Shown here: positions 60,571 through 64,000 of the stretch, in pieces
How positions within the stretch are numbered: the stretch's first letter is position 1
Layout: every line of letters starts with the position of its first letter
Assembly (NCBI GenBank): GCA_963666485.2
Contig: CAXXUO010000009.1
Location: forward strand, 64,001 to 128,000
Direction of reading: 5' to 3'
Source of the DNA: Syntrophorhabdaceae bacterium
GTDB taxonomy: Bacteria > Desulfobacterota > Syntrophorhabdia > Syntrophorhabdales > Syntrophorhabdaceae
Length of the DNA: 64,000 nt
Notes under the pieces: model-generated
What the model saw: only the letters and a program-made list of their open reading frames with translations
Told to the model about the DNA's origin: nothing
The model's database searches: none
Made by a program: the position numbers and the translations under genes

Positions 60571-61818
60571 ATGACCGCCATGATTGACGAAAAGAAAAAA
60601 TTCCAGGAAGTGCTCAATGTCGGTCTCGAGGTCATTCAAACCCGCGACATCGATATCCTCCTCGAAAGGATCCTCACAAAGGCGCGATACCTGACGAACG
60701 CCGACGCGGGATCGATCTATATAAAAGAGGGGGACACGCTCCTCTTCAGATATACACAGAACGACGCCCTTCAAAAACTATTGCCGCCGGGCAAGAAACT
60801 GATCTATTCGACGTTCACCGTCCCCGTGAATAACCAGTCCATTTCCGGTTATGTCGCAAACAACGGGCAGGTCGTCAATATCGAAAATGTCTACAACCTC
60901 ACGGACAATGTCCCGTTCTCGTTCGATCCGACCTACGACAGGCTGTCCGGGTACAGGACCCAGTCCGTTCTCTGCTTCCCCCTGAAAACGAATAACGACG
61001 AGGTCGTCGGGGTGCTGCAGCTTATCAACGCAAAAAACAACGACGGGAACATCGTCCCGTTCCTTCATGAAGACGAACCCTTTGCCGTCCATTTCGCAAA
61101 CAACGCCGCGATAGCCATTGAACGGGCAACGATGACCCGCGACATCATCCTGCGCATGATCAAGATGGCCGAGCTGCGTGACCCGATGGAGACAGGGGCG
61201 CACGTAAACAGGGTCTCGTCATATTCCGTGGAGCTTTACGAGGCATGGTCGCACCTGAAAGGGACCGACAAGGCCGAGATCGAGCAGAACAGGGACGTCC
61301 TCAAGATGGCCTCGATGCTGCACGATGTCGGCAAGGTAGCGATCACGGACCTCATTCTCAAAAAACCTGCCCGTTTAAACGACAGCGAGTACGAGATCAT
61401 GAAGCAGCACACGTATCTCGGGGCCAGGCTCTTTTCACAGCAGCGCTCCGATTTCGACAAGGCCGCCTTCCTCGTCACCCTGAACCACCATGAACGCTGG
61501 GACGGCCACGGATATCCCGGTTTTGTCGATTATGCAACGGGGGAGCCCCTGCCCGGTTATAAAGACAACGATGGTGCTATGCCCGGCAAGAAGACTGAAG
61601 AGATCCCGATATTCGGCAGGATCGTCGCGATCTGCGACGTCTTCGATGCGCTGAGCTCCGGGAGGTCGTACAAGGAAGCATGGGAAGAGGAGCGTGTCCT
61701 CGAGACCATGGCGGCTGAAAAGGGCAGGCATTTTGATCCCGAGATGCTCGACGTCTTCTTCTCGAACCTCGACGTCGTGCGCAACATCATGCAGTTGTAC
61801 CCGGAAGTCAAAGGCTAA
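60571..61818 (+). CDS. GAF + HD-GYP cyclic-dinucleotide phosphodiesterase
   Basis: GAF domain (VVGVLQLINA); HVNRV, LHDVGK, HHERWDGHGYP and DVFDAL. Confidence 0.9.
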   Translation: MTAMIDEKKKFQEVLNVGLEVIQTRDIDILLERILTKARYLTNADAGSIYIKEGDTLLFRYTQNDALQKLLPPGKKLIYSTFTVPVNNQSISGYVANNGQVVNIENVYNLTDNVPFSFDPTYDRLSGYRTQSVLCFPLKTNNDEVVGVLQLINAKNNDGNIVPFLHEDEPFAVHFANNAAIAIERATMTRDIILRMIKMAELRDPMETGAHVNRVSSYSVELYEAWSHLKGTDKAEIEQNRDVLKMASMLHDVGKVAITDLILKKPARLNDSEYEIMKQHTYLGARLFSQQRSDFDKAAFLVTLNHHERWDGHGYPGFVDYATGEPLPGYKDNDGAMPGKKTEEIPIFGRIVAICDVFDALSSGRSYKEAWEEERVLETMAAEKGRHFDPEMLDVFFSNLDVVRNIMQLYPEVKG

Positions 61819-61820
61819 AA

Positions 61821-62110
61821 AGATTCTCTCTCGCCCGCTTCGCTAGAGTTCGCGGAGTTCGCGGAGAAAGGCGGAGGCCGCGGGAGCCCGGAGCCGACCA
61901 GGCTCCCGTGGCATCTTCGATCCTGCCTTTCGGCAGGATGGACCACTTAGACTGTCAATTTCCTTGTATTGTTTTTTTTCTTTTCCTCGGCGAAGCCGAC
62001 GAAAGTGCCGGCTGGTCGTGGTCGGCTCCGCGACCAGCCGGCAAAGTCTTTTCCCTTCGCAGTTCTCTGTGACCTCCGTGAGCTCGAGCGAAGCGGGCGA
62101 GAGAATGTCT
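61821..62110. repeat. REP/MITE-like palindromic intergenic element
   Basis: Terminal inverted arms (TCTCTCGCCCGCTTCGCTAGAG / CTCGAGCGAAGCGGGCGAGAGA) enclosing several internal hairpins. Confidence 0.7.
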
Positions 62111-62112
62111 TT

Positions 62113-63237
62113 TTAAACGTAGACCCTTGTGATCCTGCGGGAGATCTTGCAGAGGAGCTCGTAGGGGATCGTTCCCGCATTTTCGGCCATTTCGTTCGCG
62201 GAAACCCGGACCCCTTCCCGGCCGCCTTCACCGAGCAGGATCGCCTCGTCACCGCTGCTGACCGGCCCGGCACCTGTCACGTCAGCGAGGACCCAATCCA
62301 TGCACACCCTTCCGACAATTCTGCACCGTGTGTCGTTTATCAACACGACACCCTTGTTGGAGAGCGACCGCGGGTATCCGTCGGCGTACCCGACGGGGAT
62401 GTATGCTATCGCGGATGGTCGGTCGGTCGTGAACGTCCTGCCGTAACTTAAGGACATACCCGCGGGGAATTCCCTGCAGAACGCTACGCGGGCGGAAAGC
62501 TTCATGACCTGCTTAAGAGGCAGGGATTCTTCGAGAGACAACGACGGGTGCGAACCGTAGAGGCTGATTCCCGCACGGACCAGCGAAAAATGGGCTTCCG
62601 GGTAGTTGACGATCGCCCCCGAGTTGCTCATGTGGATATATCCCGGGTCGAATCCTGCCGACCTGAAGATGTTTATTACCTCGCGAAATGCCGCGACCTG
62701 CTGAAGGCCGTACTCGTCGCGTACCTCCGACACCGAGAAATGTGACATAAGCCCTTCGACGTATATCCCCCGGGCGCCGGCAAGTTTTTGAACTATATCG
62801 CGCGCATCCCGTGTATGGAATCCGAGCCGCCCCATGCCGGTATCGAATTTGAGATGCACCTTGAGCGGACGCCCAAACCCTTGCGTTGCTTCGATAAGCC
62901 TCGCGAGAGTGGTCGCGTCGTATACGACAGGCGTCAGGTCGTACCTCGCAACCGGTTCGATCTCGTCCCAGGAGAATAGCCCGCTCATAATAAGTACCGG
63001 TGTTACTATCCGGCCTGACCGTAAGGCCATCCCTTCATCGACGGTCGCCACGCCGAGGTAGTCGATGCCGATGGACTCCAGTTTTTTGGATATCTCGATC
63101 GCCCCGTGTCCATAGGCATCGGCCTTGACCACCCCGAGAAGCCCGGCCCCGGGGCTCAAGCGCTTCCGGATGGACGAGCAGTTGTACTCGAGGGCACCGA
63201 GGTCGATATATGCGACGGCCCTCGACACATTCGCCAT
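62113..63237 (-). CDS. alr: alanine racemase
   Basis: VVKADAYGHG, DTGMGRLG, SYG, GYADG, GRVCMD and TIPYE. Confidence 0.95.
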   Translation of the reverse strand: MANVSRAVAYIDLGALEYNCSSIRKRLSPGAGLLGVVKADAYGHGAIEISKKLESIGIDYLGVATVDEGMALRSGRIVTPVLIMSGLFSWDEIEPVARYDLTPVVYDATTLARLIEATQGFGRPLKVHLKFDTGMGRLGFHTRDARDIVQKLAGARGIYVEGLMSHFSVSEVRDEYGLQQVAAFREVINIFRSAGFDPGYIHMSNSGAIVNYPEAHFSLVRAGISLYGSHPSLSLEESLPLKQVMKLSARVAFCREFPAGMSLSYGRTFTTDRPSAIAYIPVGYADGYPRSLSNKGVVLINDTRCRIVGRVCMDWVLADVTGAGPVSSGDEAILLGEGGREGVRVSANEMAENAGTIPYELLCKISRRITRVYV

Positions 63238-64000
63238 CACGTACCTCCTTGACCGTTAAGGATCGTGCTGAACACTTTTTCGGCCGCCTCGAGGGTCCTG
63301 TCTATCTCTTCGTTGCCGAAAGCACAGGTAAAGAATGACGCCTCAAACTGGCTCGGGGCAAAAAAGACCCCCTCGGAAAGCATTCCCTTGAAGAATTTTT
63401 CGTACAGCGCCCTGTCGCAGGCAGCGGCCGTATCGTAATCGACAACAGCGTCCCTGGAAAAGAAACCGGTGAACATGCCCGTTGTGCCATTTACCCGGTA
63501 CCGAACACCGTTCCGGCGTGCTATCTCGAGCATGCCCTCGGACAATCTCTCGCCAAGGCGCGTGAATCCGGCATAGATCTCCCCGGCACTGCCCTTCAAG
63601 CGGCCGAGCACATGGATGCCGGCCCTGACCGCAACGGGATTGCCCGACAGCGTGCCTGCCTGGTACACGTCTCCAAGCGGGGCGAGACGCTCCATGACGC
63701 GCCTCTTTCCGCCAAAAGCACCGATAGGAAACCCGCCGCCTATGATCTTCCCGAGGCAGGTAATGTCCGGGTCGATGCCCCATGCGTGCTGGGCGCCGCC
63801 AAAGGCGATACGAAAACCGCTGATGACCTCGTCGAAGATGAGAAGAATGCCCCTCTCCTTGCACAGGCTTTCAAGCCCTTTGAGAAACCCGTCTTCAGGG
63901 AGGATGACCCCCATGTTCCCCATTATGGGTTCGATGATGACACAGGCGATATCATCGGAATTATCCATGATCTGCCGGACAGTTTCGAGCCTGTTGAATT
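63237..64000 (-). CDS. hemL: glutamate-1-semialdehyde 2,1-aminomutase, 3' part (start outside the window)
   Basis: FDEVISGFR, LGKIIGGGFP, YQAGTLSGNP and PSQFEA. Confidence 0.93.
   Translation of the reverse strand, partial: FNRLETVRQIMDNSDDIACVIIEPIMGNMGVILPEDGFLKGLESLCKERGILLIFDEVISGFRIAFGGAQHAWGIDPDITCLGKIIGGGFPIGAFGGKRRVMERLAPLGDVYQAGTLSGNPVAVRAGIHVLGRLKGSAGEIYAGFTRLGERLSEGMLEIARRNGVRYRVNGTTGMFTGFFSRDAVVDYDTAAACDRALYEKFFKGMLSEGVFFAPSQFEASFFTCAFGNEEIDRTLEAAEKVFSTILNGQGGT

Overview
The window holds GC-rich bacterial chromosomal DNA, by gene content probably from an anaerobic Desulfobacterota/Syntrophorhabdus-like organism (an inference), interrupted by AT-richer islands inserted at a minus-strand tRNA-Arg(TCT) at 58074-58147. 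The left part (1-20.4 kb) encodes an HD-GYP fragment, exported proteins, a CoA transferase, an ankyrin lipoprotein, a livKHMGF-type ABC operon with a structured leader, a caspase remnant, a dienelactone hydrolase, a cytochrome c, a cupin, an S8 protease autotransporter and a phosphatase. Two partial tRNA copies (20440-20483 and 25022-25069) define a 4.6 kb islet without an integrase (lipoproteins including a TPR-CHAT protease) and a 33 kb integrative element (25022-58115). The element carries a tyrosine integrase and Xis with visible arm-type sites, and a primase-helicase plus Rep replicon with iterons at 22-bp spacing. It also carries a phage-type DpdA/TGT-like gene inside the replication operon, a recombination/leading-region operon, and defence-like cargo. 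The most notable cargo is a radical SAM + GHKL ATPase pair converging on a REase-DGQHR-HEPN protein. No capsid, relaxase or T4SS genes were recognised. The right flank carries a bS22-like small ORF, nfo, pfk, a GAF-HD-GYP protein, a REP/MITE-like element, alr and a partial hemL. All family calls come from motif recognition by eye, not database searches.
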